Below are positions 51,019-59,463 of a DNA stretch of 64,000 nt, piece after piece (position 1 is the stretch's first letter; every line of letters starts with the position of its first letter). Below the pieces are notes generated by a model that was given only the letters and a program-made list of their open reading frames with translations, was not told the origin of the DNA and searched no databases. This DNA is from Candidatus Iainarchaeum sp. (GTDB lineage Archaea > Iainarchaeota > Iainarchaeia > Iainarchaeales > JAZDFD01). The stretch is from assembly GCA_043808155.1 (NCBI GenBank), contig JAZDFD010000001.1:30122-94121 (forward strand). The letters run 5' to 3'. The translations under genes were made by a program, and so were the position numbers.

Positions 51019-51726
51019 TTAAAATTTTTCATGTTCTTTCAATAACTTTGTTTCCATATCTCCATGGGTCAGAGTATTGAGCTCATTTAATAAATCATTT
51101 TTCAATCCCGAAGGAAGTTCGACCATTGCAAGTAATGAACCGTCACTTTTCCATTCCTCCTTTTTTACACTGTATTTGTGAAGAATGTTTGATGCTTTGC
51201 CTGCAAATCTCGCAGGTATTTTTAATGCAACTTTCTGCTTCTCAAAAGAGATTGGAATTAATTTTTTAATTTCATCAATTATTTTTGGGAGTTGTTCCTG
51301 TGGTGTTTTCATTGGGTCAATGTGAATTTTTGCTTCTTCAAGTGCGTTTTCAATTCTCTGGGGAGGGTGTGGCGTATTAGTCTGAGGATTGAATGCGTTT
51401 GTTACAATGAACTGGATTATTTCTTTTCTTTTTACTTCCCGCATTTCCTTTCTTTGCTCAGTTGTTAACTGCAGTTCCCCTTCCTGAATTATTTTTTTTG
51501 CTACTGCTTCAACATCAGTTGTTTCAAAAACTTTCTTTACGTTTTCGTCTGAAGCTACATCTCCTTTTGATGCATCCTTGAAAATACTGTCAATGACCAA
51601 CATTTCATTGAAGTTTATTTCATTTCCTTTTTTCAGTTCCATGGCTAGCCTTGGATCAACAAGGATTTCGAATTTCAGCCCATCTTTTTCATAGCGAGCT
51701 GTTACAGAATCTTCTACTTTTACCAT
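51019..51726 (-). CDS. Ribosome maturation factor SBDS/Sdo1
   Basis: FEILVDP, QLTTEQR and PHPPQRIENA motifs. Confidence 0.93.
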   Translation of the reverse strand: MVKVEDSVTARYEKDGLKFEILVDPRLAMELKKGNEINFNEMLVIDSIFKDASKGDVASDENVKKVFETTDVEAVAKKIIQEGELQLTTEQRKEMREVKRKEIIQFIVTNAFNPQTNTPHPPQRIENALEEAKIHIDPMKTPQEQLPKIIDEIKKLIPISFEKQKVALKIPARFAGKASNILHKYSVKKEEWKSDGSLLAMVELPSGLKNDLLNELNTLTHGDMETKLLKEHEKF

Positions 51727-51750
51727 TGTGAACAACCTTACATAGGTTAA

Positions 51751-52488
51751 TTATTTTTTATTTACATTCCCTAAAACAGATTTTAGCTTCTGTTTGCTAA
51801 TTGATGTATAAATATTTCCTTTTTCAATATAAGCGAAATCTAAGTTATCGAATGACAATTTTTCTTTGTCCCCTAATCCTTTTTTTATTGCATCTACAAT
51901 CAATTCAATACTGTCATCAAAAGACATATTGTCTTTGTAGTGTTTTTCGAAAAATTCCATTGCTTCTTTTTTTCCTTTACCAATTGCAACTGCTTTGTAT
52001 TCTGCTAAAGCACCTGATGGTTCTGTTTCAAATAATCTTATTCCTGAATCATCTATTCCCCCGAGAATAAATGCAACACCGAAAGGTCTCATTCCCGCAT
52101 ACTGAGTGAATAATTGTTTAACACCTGAAACATATTTTACTAATGTTTCAACCTGAATTTTTTCTTCGTAATACATATGATTTTCTTGTGCTTCTTTTCT
52201 TGCCATTTGTACAAGTCTTCGTGCATCGCCAACTAAGCCTGCTGAAATTGCACCAATGTGCTTGTCAACTTTGAAGAGTTTTTCAATGCTGTCAGCAAGG
52301 ATTAATTTTGATCCAACGCGTTTATCGCAGCCAAAAACAATTCCGTCCTTATAGATTATTGCAGCTCCGAGAGTACCCTGTTCAACAATTTTTGAAGCAT
52401 ATTCAACCTGATAGAGTCTTCCGTCAGGACTGAACATTGTTGCAACCCTGTCATAGGCCCCGCCTGTTGCATTTCTTGGAGAATACAT
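51751..52488 (-). CDS. psmA: Proteasome alpha subunit
   Basis: YDR..TMFSPDGRLYQVEYA and RPFG motifs. Confidence 0.95.
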   Translation of the reverse strand: MYSPRNATGGAYDRVATMFSPDGRLYQVEYASKIVEQGTLGAAIIYKDGIVFGCDKRVGSKLILADSIEKLFKVDKHIGAISAGLVGDARRLVQMARKEAQENHMYYEEKIQVETLVKYVSGVKQLFTQYAGMRPFGVAFILGGIDDSGIRLFETEPSGALAEYKAVAIGKGKKEAMEFFEKHYKDNMSFDDSIELIVDAIKKGLGDKEKLSFDNLDFAYIEKGNIYTSISKQKLKSVLGNVNKK

Positions 52489-52563
52489 AAAATCCCTAAA
52501 TAAGTGTTTTCTATTTATCTATTAATAAATTATATTTGTCCAACAGAAGGTTTTAAAAGGTTC

Positions 52564-52905
52564 TTATGATGTTTTCAGTTTTTTCAATGAGCCTGAGACT
52601 CTCAAAATTTTAGGTGTCACAGCACATCCATCAACACTTTTCATGAAAAGAACTGCGGTTTTTGCTTTTTCAACTTCAGTATGGGCACATCTGAGAATTC
52701 CTTTTCCATTGTGAAAATCCACAAACCAGAATTTAATTTCTGCAGTTCCCAGTGAACCATACAAATCAATGAAGCAATTCCACAGTGCTTTTGAGACGGA
52801 GGATTTTGAGGGTTTCTTTTCAGAATCTAATTCAAAGTAAACATATCTTTTCTTTCCGCGCATTGAAAGCGGGATTGGTTTGGTTTTTTTCTTAATGTTT
52901 GCCAT
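52564..52905 (-). CDS. rnp2: RNase P protein Pop5 (Rnp2)
   Basis: 'R.KKRY', 'GILRC' and 'VSGSLKK'. Confidence 0.88.
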   Translation of the reverse strand: MANIKKKTKPIPLSMRGKKRYVYFELDSEKKPSKSSVSKALWNCFIDLYGSLGTAEIKFWFVDFHNGKGILRCAHTEVEKAKTAVLFMKSVDGCAVTPKILRVSGSLKKLKTS

Positions 52906-52946
52906 TTTAATCACATTTTAGTTAATCACATTCACGTTTTTTTAAT

Positions 52947-53498
52947 TCACTCGTTTTTAAGTTCATCTAGTTCTCTTGAAATTTTCAGATTTTTGAAAAT
53001 TTCATCTTCTAATTCTTTTACTTTTGGTTCTGCCTGAATTATAGTCTGTAGGACTTTCTCATTTATATTCCCGTATCTTTTTTTCAGATACTGAAAACGC
53101 TCATCTAATGACACAATTTTATCATGCATAACTCTTTTGTCAGAATAATAAACAATTTTTTCTTCAATTGTATCAAATGGTTTTTCGTTTAAAATTGTGT
53201 TGAGGTGATGCTTTCGTACACAGGCTGCAATCTCTGCGGAGATTCCCTCTTCCAGAAGAATTTGTTCTGAAATTGTACCGTGATTGCTGTTATCATTTAA
53301 TGTTCTGTGTTTATCAATATCATGTAATAATGAAGCATCATTTACTAATCCAAGATTTACATGTGTGCCTGATTCCTGCAGTTTTCGTGAGAGATACATT
53401 GCGACTTCATTAACTTTCAGGGAGTGATCCATTATATTCTGGGGAACTCCGTGTTTTTCCAGCAGTGCAAGGCAGGTTTTCATTTTTTCAATGCTCAT
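52947..53498 (-). CDS. HD (HDIG) domain protein
   Basis: HS..V, LLHDIDK, HG, KHH and EEKIVYYSD motifs. Confidence 0.88.
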   Translation of the reverse strand: MSIEKMKTCLALLEKHGVPQNIMDHSLKVNEVAMYLSRKLQESGTHVNLGLVNDASLLHDIDKHRTLNDNSNHGTISEQILLEEGISAEIAACVRKHHLNTILNEKPFDTIEEKIVYYSDKRVMHDKIVSLDERFQYLKKRYGNINEKVLQTIIQAEPKVKELEDEIFKNLKISRELDELKNE

Positions 53499-54124
53499 TC
53501 TTTCACCTGGATTATTTTTTCTGGAAGTGTTGTTGTGAATCGCACACCTTGCAATTCAGTAAATCCAAATAATGTTGCAAATGCACTGAAATTTTGCACA
53601 CATCTCAATTCATTTGTATTGTTTGCTGCACTAAAGAAAAGTGCATTTACTTTGAATTTTTTCATTATTTTTGTTGCAAAAATATAATTTTTGAAAAGCA
53701 TTGCACGCTCTTTTGGAAATGCATTGAGGAATTGGGAGAACGGAAAAATCACTGCTGTGTTTCTTTCCCCCAGCAATCTTGCAACACCAGTGTCAAATGC
53801 AAATTTATCAGTAGTGCATGGCTGAATCAGGAAATCGACTTTTTTCTGCGCTGCTGCGAAACCATTTGTTTCAGGAGTTCCACCACGCACTGCAATAAAG
53901 TCTGCGTTTTGGAAAACCTTCAAATCATTTGCGTTTGGTTTTTCAATAATATGGCAGATTTTAAAACTAAGTTTTGATTTTTCAGATTTGATTTTCTCTC
54001 GGAGTTTTGAAATCTCTTCTTTGGATTTGAAATTTTTTGCAATTATATAAGTATCTGTTTCAGTAAATTCTGAAGCTTCTTCAAGTGCTTTCAGATCCTC
54101 ATAAAAAACTAAATCTATGTTCAT
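53495..54124 (-). CDS. rnp3: RNase P protein Rpp30 (Rnp3)
   Basis: 'AVRGG...N..AA...VDFL' and 'S.A....ELR'; context. Confidence 0.8.
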   Translation of the reverse strand: MNIDLVFYEDLKALEEASEFTETDTYIIAKNFKSKEEISKLREKIKSEKSKLSFKICHIIEKPNANDLKVFQNADFIAVRGGTPETNGFAAAQKKVDFLIQPCTTDKFAFDTGVARLLGERNTAVIFPFSQFLNAFPKERAMLFKNYIFATKIMKKFKVNALFFSAANNTNELRCVQNFSAFATLFGFTELQGVRFTTTLPEKIIQVKE

Positions 54125-54525
54125 TATTTTCTTTCCAAAATGCCTGATTTTTCTATTCTTGTCTTAAATTGCCATATAGCAGAATTGTAAACATTCCCAA
54201 CTCTTGACAAACTAGTACTTCCTGTTCTAGTTGCTTTTTTGTATACGTCGCTTTGCCAGATTTCTTTAAATGTTTTTTTTCTAGCTGCGCGTTCATAAAG
54301 AACAACTATCTGGAGTGGTGTAAGCCCTTCGAGTGCAGTTCTTACAGCGTTTATTCTTTCTTCACGACGTTTTAAATCAACTGGTATTAAGCCTTCCCTT
54401 GCAAGAGCTTCAAAAAGAAGTTCTTCTGGGTTTCTTTTTGTTTTTTTACTTTGAGTTTTAACTTCTTTTTTAATTCTATTTTGCATTGTCTCTATTGAAA
54501 CTATTCTCGGTTTCTTAACTGCCAT
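54124..54525 (-). CDS. Hypothetical protein with sigma-70 region-4-like HTH
   Basis: 'ALEGLTPLQ..VL.....KTFKEI....SLSRV..VYNSAI'. Confidence 0.5.
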   Translation of the reverse strand: MAVKKPRIVSIETMQNRIKKEVKTQSKKTKRNPEELLFEALAREGLIPVDLKRREERINAVRTALEGLTPLQIVVLYERAARKKTFKEIWQSDVYKKATRTGSTSLSRVGNVYNSAIWQFKTRIEKSGILERK

Positions 54526-54599
54526 TTAATCACTCCGTAAATTTTGTTATACTAGTAATAAGCTCTGAAGTTAATAAAAAAGTAGGGAATTCACAGAGT

Positions 54600-55205
54600 T
54601 TACTTTGTTCTGCGTTTATTAGCTCTTTGTGATGGTCTTACTTTTTCTGCACCTTTTCCTTTTTTGCGCATTCCTCTTCCTTTCTTTCCTGCTGAAGTCA
54701 TTCCTCTTGAGGTTCTTCCTGTCTGAGTTTTTTCGCAAATCCAATTCAAATCTTTGTCGCTCTTTATTTCAGGTGCGTGTGGATTTGCTAAAATAACTTC
54801 ATAATATTGGTTCTGACCATCCATTCCAATATAATAAGAACTTAAAACTTCTAAACTCGGGAATTTTTCAGAAACTCTTCTTTCAGCAATTGATCTGATG
54901 CTGATTTTTCTTGTTAGTTTTACTGTCCCCATTCTCTTTGGTCTTCTTCCTGCTCTTGGTCTTGTGTGCATTCCTGAACCTTTTCTGATTCTGATTCTTG
55001 CAACAATGACTCCTTTCTTAGCTTTATAACCAAGTGTTCTTGCCCTTGCGATATTCGTTGGTTTTTCTATTCTTACAACAGCTAATGGTTCCTTTCTGAA
55101 TTCAATTAATCTGGTTTGCTGGATTGATTTGTAGTCGTATGACTCATCTTTTGTGCCTTTGAATTCCTTCTGAAAGGTCTTTTGAATGTGTTTTATTGCA
55201 CCCAT
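54600..55205 (-). CDS. rpl15e: 50S ribosomal protein L15e
   Basis: 'PT..ARAR.LGYKAK.G', 'RPKRMG' and 'RGMTSAGKK.RG'. Confidence 0.95.
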   Translation of the reverse strand: MGAIKHIQKTFQKEFKGTKDESYDYKSIQQTRLIEFRKEPLAVVRIEKPTNIARARTLGYKAKKGVIVARIRIRKGSGMHTRPRAGRRPKRMGTVKLTRKISIRSIAERRVSEKFPSLEVLSSYYIGMDGQNQYYEVILANPHAPEIKSDKDLNWICEKTQTGRTSRGMTSAGKKGRGMRKKGKGAEKVRPSQRANKRRTK

Positions 55206-55276
55206 AAATTCACCCCTAAGGGATAATTAGATTTAATATAAGGGGTAACGAAGGCTTTATAAAGTTTGCATCAGAC

Positions 55277-55747
55277 TCAGTCCAACCACTCGTCTTCTTC
55301 TTTCATTTTCTCAGCGCAGGCACTCATAACAATTTTCTTTTTTTCAGGGTCTAATTTTGAAACAGTGCGAAGAATATCTGAGTTTATAAGAGTGAAGATA
55401 TCATCAGGAATAGAAACAATATATTCTCTAATTGAATCTTCAGGAAGATTTCTAAGATAAAGATTCGCAAGCTCGGCATGATACTGTCTTTCAAAAGATT
55501 CGATGTTTATGATTACCTTTGGAACGTCTTCTGGTTTTAAAGGATGCATTGATTGTATTTTCGAATCATATTTCATAAGTCCGCTTAAGGGAGTAAGTTT
55601 TTGAAGATATTTTCTTGTAATTAAAGTTACTGCTTTTTGCATATCTATTCCAGTTACTCTTGCAGGCCATTTTTCATGCTCTGTATAAAAATGATGCTCA
55701 TGGCCTATTCTGTGACTTCCAATTTTTTCATATCTTTTGTGAGGCAT
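55277..55747 (-). CDS. Hypothetical protein
   Basis: 156-aa ORF with an RBS-like GGTGA upstream. Confidence 0.5.
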   Translation of the reverse strand: MPHKRYEKIGSHRIGHEHHFYTEHEKWPARVTGIDMQKAVTLITRKYLQKLTPLSGLMKYDSKIQSMHPLKPEDVPKVIINIESFERQYHAELANLYLRNLPEDSIREYIVSIPDDIFTLINSDILRTVSKLDPEKKKIVMSACAEKMKEEDEWLD

Positions 55748-55807
55748 TTGTTCACCAGAAATATTGCGAATGCTAACAATAATAAGTTATCGGAGAATGA
55801 TTTTTCT

Positions 55808-56743
55808 ATGACCTCTGAAAAATGCGATAAATGCTCAAAGAAGGCAGTGATTAATTTAGCTTATGGGTCGCACAGATTTTGTGCTGAGCATTTTAATGAA
55901 TTTTTTGAGAAACGTGTACGTAAGACAATTAGAAAACACAGACTTATAAAAAGCGGTGAGAAAATTGCGATTGGTGTTTCCGGTGGAAAAGATTCAATGG
56001 TTGCACTTCACATGCTGAATAAGAGCCTAAAGAAAGGGAATGAAATTACCGCAATAATGGTTGACGAGGGAATTCCAAAGTACAGAGATGTTGCAATTAA
56101 ACTTGCAGTTGAAGAATGTGGGAAAATAGGTGTGGCGTATGAAAAAGTTTCATTTGAGGAATTATATGGTTTAACTAATATTGAAATTATGAAAAAAATT
56201 TCAAAGGATAAATCACTGGGTTCAAGCTGTGCATTTTGCGGTGTTTTAAGAAGAGATGCTCTGAATAAAACTGCATTAAAAATTGGCGCGGATAAAATCG
56301 CAACAGGTCATAATTTAGATGATGAAACCCAGAGCATTTTAATGAACTTCTTTGATAACGACTGGAAACGGATGTCAAGATTGGGTGCAATTTCATCTTT
56401 CAAAAAAACAAAAGAATTTGTTCCAAGAATTAAACCATTATATGAAACTCCCGAAGAAGAAATAATTCTTTATGCAGAAATGAATGGAATCAATTATTAC
56501 AAAGGCCAGTGTTGTCCTTTCAGATGGATGGCCAAAAGAAATGAATTCCGAAACATGCTCGATACTTTTGAAAGTAAATTTCCCGGAACTAAATATTCCG
56601 TTCTTCAGAGTTTTGAAACTATTAAACCAAACATTCAAAATTTAAATAAAAATAGTGAATTAAAAAAATGCAAAAAATGTGGAAACCCTTCTTCTTCCGA
56701 TGTATGTCAGGTCTGCAAACAGATTGAGAAAATAAAAAATTGA
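55808..56743 (+). CDS. tRNA 2-thiolation protein TtuA/Ncs6 (TIGR00269-like)
   Basis: Zn fingers at both ends; SGGKDS, CAFCGVLRR and ATGHNLDDE motifs. Confidence 0.9.
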   Translation: MTSEKCDKCSKKAVINLAYGSHRFCAEHFNEFFEKRVRKTIRKHRLIKSGEKIAIGVSGGKDSMVALHMLNKSLKKGNEITAIMVDEGIPKYRDVAIKLAVEECGKIGVAYEKVSFEELYGLTNIEIMKKISKDKSLGSSCAFCGVLRRDALNKTALKIGADKIATGHNLDDETQSILMNFFDNDWKRMSRLGAISSFKKTKEFVPRIKPLYETPEEEIILYAEMNGINYYKGQCCPFRWMAKRNEFRNMLDTFESKFPGTKYSVLQSFETIKPNIQNLNKNSELKKCKKCGNPSSSDVCQVCKQIEKIKN

Positions 56744-56757
56744 AAATAATGGTGACA

Positions 56758-56866
56758 ATGCCATAGCGAACTCAAGTGAGCGTACCCGATTTCTGCTTTA
56801 GCAGAAATGGGCGCATTTCAGCAGAGCTGAAATAGCGTGGCATCCGTACCCGCCGGACGTGACGGC
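56758..56866. repeat. Hairpin + 22-nt motif repeat, copy 5 (expanded, branched)
   Basis: ATGCCA...TGGCAT stem enclosing three internal hairpins, then CGTACCCGCCGGACGTGACGGC; 4 nt from the tRNA-Val 3' end. Confidence 0.8.
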
Positions 56867-56870
56867 GTAA

Positions 56871-56943
56871 TGGGCCCGGTGAGATTCGAACTCACGACTC
56901 CCACCATGTCAAGGTGATGTCATAGCCACTAGACCACGAGCCC
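56871..56943 (-). tRNA. tRNA-Val(GAC)
   Basis: GGGCTCG/CGGGCCC-A acceptor; TCACC-TTGACAT-GGTGG anticodon arm; GTGAG-TTCGAAT-CTCAC T arm. Confidence 0.95.
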
Positions 56944-57147
56944 ATACTTTAGTAAATTATCCCATATTTATTAAAAAGTATATTAATGCGCTATTGCTAA
57001 CGCTTTTAAGTTAATCTGAACAAAGCAAACCCATAGCAAGTGCTGCTGAAAGCGCACTCAAGTTCGAGAATTGAGCCTCGTGAGCATATGGGTTCCAGCT
57101 CAAGGATGTAGCCTTGGGAAAGTATTTTAAAATAAGTGAAAAGTGGA

Positions 57148-57285
57148 TTAATCACATAATTTTATATGCGGGGAAGGTGTTAATTTTTTTCTTTGAATTA
57201 TTATTTGCATTCCAAGAATCCATATCTTTGCACCTACAAATCCAAGCATAAAGCCAAGCAGGAGTACACCTAAATCTATACTCAT
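57148..57285 (-). CDS. Putative 45-aa single-TM protein
   Basis: MSIDLGVLLLGFMLGFVGAKIWILGMQIIIQRKK...; GAAGGTG RBS. Confidence 0.35.
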   Translation of the reverse strand: MSIDLGVLLLGFMLGFVGAKIWILGMQIIIQRKKLTPSPHIKLCD

Positions 57286-57541
57286 CTAAACACCTTCACA
57301 ACTATACTATTTAGTGACACTGACATTTATAAACATTTGTTATAAAATTTGAAGAAATACGAAAAAAAGTAATTTTCAGCCATATTTTATAACACTTAGG
57401 TGTGATTTATTAGAATTAAAAGTGATTTTTATAACGTATTTCATTAGAAAAAATAGGTAATATCCTAATAAAAGCGACTTGAAACAGCATTTTTTCCCGA
57501 ATATGGTCACTTTTTTAAAACAATTATCTAAAATATGTAAT

Positions 57542-58504
57542 ATGAGCCGAAAATTCACGAATACCGCGCTTCTTGAAATCGCAGATAAACTAAAATATTT
57601 AGGTGTTATGAGCAAGATTGATTACAGTGAAATTTCAAAAAACACAGAAATTCGGCAAAAAATATTAAAATCTGCAATTGAGGAAATGGCTAAACGAGAA
57701 CTTGCAAAAATTTCAGTTTCAATTAATTTCAAAAAACTGCCTGTGATTTTAGCAAGGATTGCAATTAAAAGTAAAAAAGCGCAATATAACGAAAAAATAT
57801 TTGAAATTATAAAATCACTGCCTTATCTTAGTAGTGCAGCATATGTTACAGGTATGGGTTATTCACATATTATGTCACTTGTTGTGCCTGATTTTGATAC
57901 TTTATGTAAATTAGTTAATGAAAATGCAAAAAAGTTGGAAGGTCTTATTGAAAACACCAATACAATGGTAGTTAGGGATTATGTTTTACTTGAAAACTAC
58001 AAATACACAAAAGAAAAAACAGAAAAAGTGGAACTTGATAAAAATGATTGGAAAATTTTATATGCATTAAGAGAAAATGCTACAAATTCATTATCCGCAT
58101 TAAGTAAAAGTGTTGGATTGCAGGCGCCTTCAATACATAGGAGAATAAAAAGGTTAAAAAAAGAAGGAGTCATCAATGGATATTACTGTAACAGATTTGT
58201 ATCAAAAAAACCAAGTGAATTTACACAAGTTGGTTGTTTTGTGGCAATAAGACACAATGGAGCAGAAAAAGACTGGGAAAAAATTATAACAAAAATAATG
58301 AATAATAAAACCTGCTGGAAAACACATGTTGTTCTTGTTTTTGGGGAATTCGATATTTCGTTTAATTTGTGGGCAGATTCTCCAAACCTAATTAGGGAAT
58401 TTATAAATGATCTTGTTTCAGAAAACGAAAATATTCTTGGAATTGATTCTTCAATGATATTGGATTATTATAAAGGAAATTTTACAAAATCATTTGCAAA
58501 GTGA
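57542..58504 (+). CDS. Double Lrp/AsnC-type regulator (two HTH-RAM units), paralog A
   Basis: 'LDKNDWKILYALRENA..SLSALSKSVGL..PSIHRRIKRLKKEGVI.GY' and 'GEFD'. Confidence 0.8.
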   Translation: MSRKFTNTALLEIADKLKYLGVMSKIDYSEISKNTEIRQKILKSAIEEMAKRELAKISVSINFKKLPVILARIAIKSKKAQYNEKIFEIIKSLPYLSSAAYVTGMGYSHIMSLVVPDFDTLCKLVNENAKKLEGLIENTNTMVVRDYVLLENYKYTKEKTEKVELDKNDWKILYALRENATNSLSALSKSVGLQAPSIHRRIKRLKKEGVINGYYCNRFVSKKPSEFTQVGCFVAIRHNGAEKDWEKIITKIMNNKTCWKTHVVLVFGEFDISFNLWADSPNLIREFINDLVSENENILGIDSSMILDYYKGNFTKSFAK

Positions 58505-58508
58505 TATT

Positions 58509-59462
58509 ATGTCAAATAAACAAAAACGAATACTTGAATTCTCGAAAAAAATGACTAATTCGGGAGTTCTGGAAAGCCCAACAATAAAACACATTTCAGA
58601 AAGACTTAATCTCTCTCCGAAACAAACTGCTATAAAAATTAAAGAAATGTATGATTCAGGATTCGGAAAAATTTCTGTTGCATTGAATTATAATAAACTT
58701 CCACTTACAATGGCAGAAATTGCAATAAAAAGTTCAAATCCAGCACATCATGATTATATTTTTGATTTTCTCAAAAATACAAAATATGTTGAAGACATTG
58801 TTAAGGTTTCAAGCCAAGAAATAACTTTTGTTGTTAGTGTTAAAGTTCCTTCACTTGAAAGTCTTAATGAGGTGAATCTTGAAATAATGAATGGGCTTTC
58901 AGACAAATATGCAAAAATAGTAACCATGATTATTACAAATTACATATATGATGAAGAAACACTATTTGAAACTAAAACAAACACAGTAGAGCTTGATAAA
59001 ATGGATTGGAAAATAATAAGCCTTCTGAAAATAAATGCAATGATGACGTTGAGGGAAATGTCTGAAAAAACAGGTTTGAGAGAACCTACAATTCACAGAA
59101 GAATAAAATTACTAAAAGACAAGGGTATAATTTTAGGTTATATCTGTAGCAGGAACTGGGAAAACATTCCCCATAAATTAGCATCAATGTGTTCTTTACT
59201 TTTCGTAAGATTGACTTTGGGAAGAGCAATAGAGAAAGAATTTATAAAAAACATTCTCGAAAGCAAAAATGCTAAACTGTCATTTGCATTTTTATATTTA
59301 GGAGCTTGGGATGTGATGATGGGTGTCAAAACAGAGGATATCGTGGCATTGGATATGTTTATAGACGAGGAAGTGTCAAAAAAAGAATATATTTTAGATG
59401 TAAAAGTATGCCCTATATTGGAGGCAGAAGTGCGGGATGTTTTTGCGGATTTTGCAGAATAA
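58509..59462 (+). CDS. Double Lrp/AsnC-type regulator, paralog B
   Basis: 'LDKMDWKIISLLK.NA..TLREMSEKTGL.EPTIHRRIK.LK..GII.GY' and 'GAWD'. Confidence 0.8.
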   Translation: MSNKQKRILEFSKKMTNSGVLESPTIKHISERLNLSPKQTAIKIKEMYDSGFGKISVALNYNKLPLTMAEIAIKSSNPAHHDYIFDFLKNTKYVEDIVKVSSQEITFVVSVKVPSLESLNEVNLEIMNGLSDKYAKIVTMIITNYIYDEETLFETKTNTVELDKMDWKIISLLKINAMMTLREMSEKTGLREPTIHRRIKLLKDKGIILGYICSRNWENIPHKLASMCSLLFVRLTLGRAIEKEFIKNILESKNAKLSFAFLYLGAWDVMMGVKTEDIVALDMFIDEEVSKKEYILDVKVCPILEAEVRDVFADFAE

Positions 59463-59463
59463 T

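Noticed and set aside
56845-56870. tRNA-associated HDV-like (theta) ribozyme reading of the repeat motif (reverse strand GCC-GTCACGTCC-GGC resembles P3/L3)
   Set aside because: No room or complementarity for P1 and P2 upstream, the first loop base is G rather than U, and orientation relative to the tRNAs is inconsistent.
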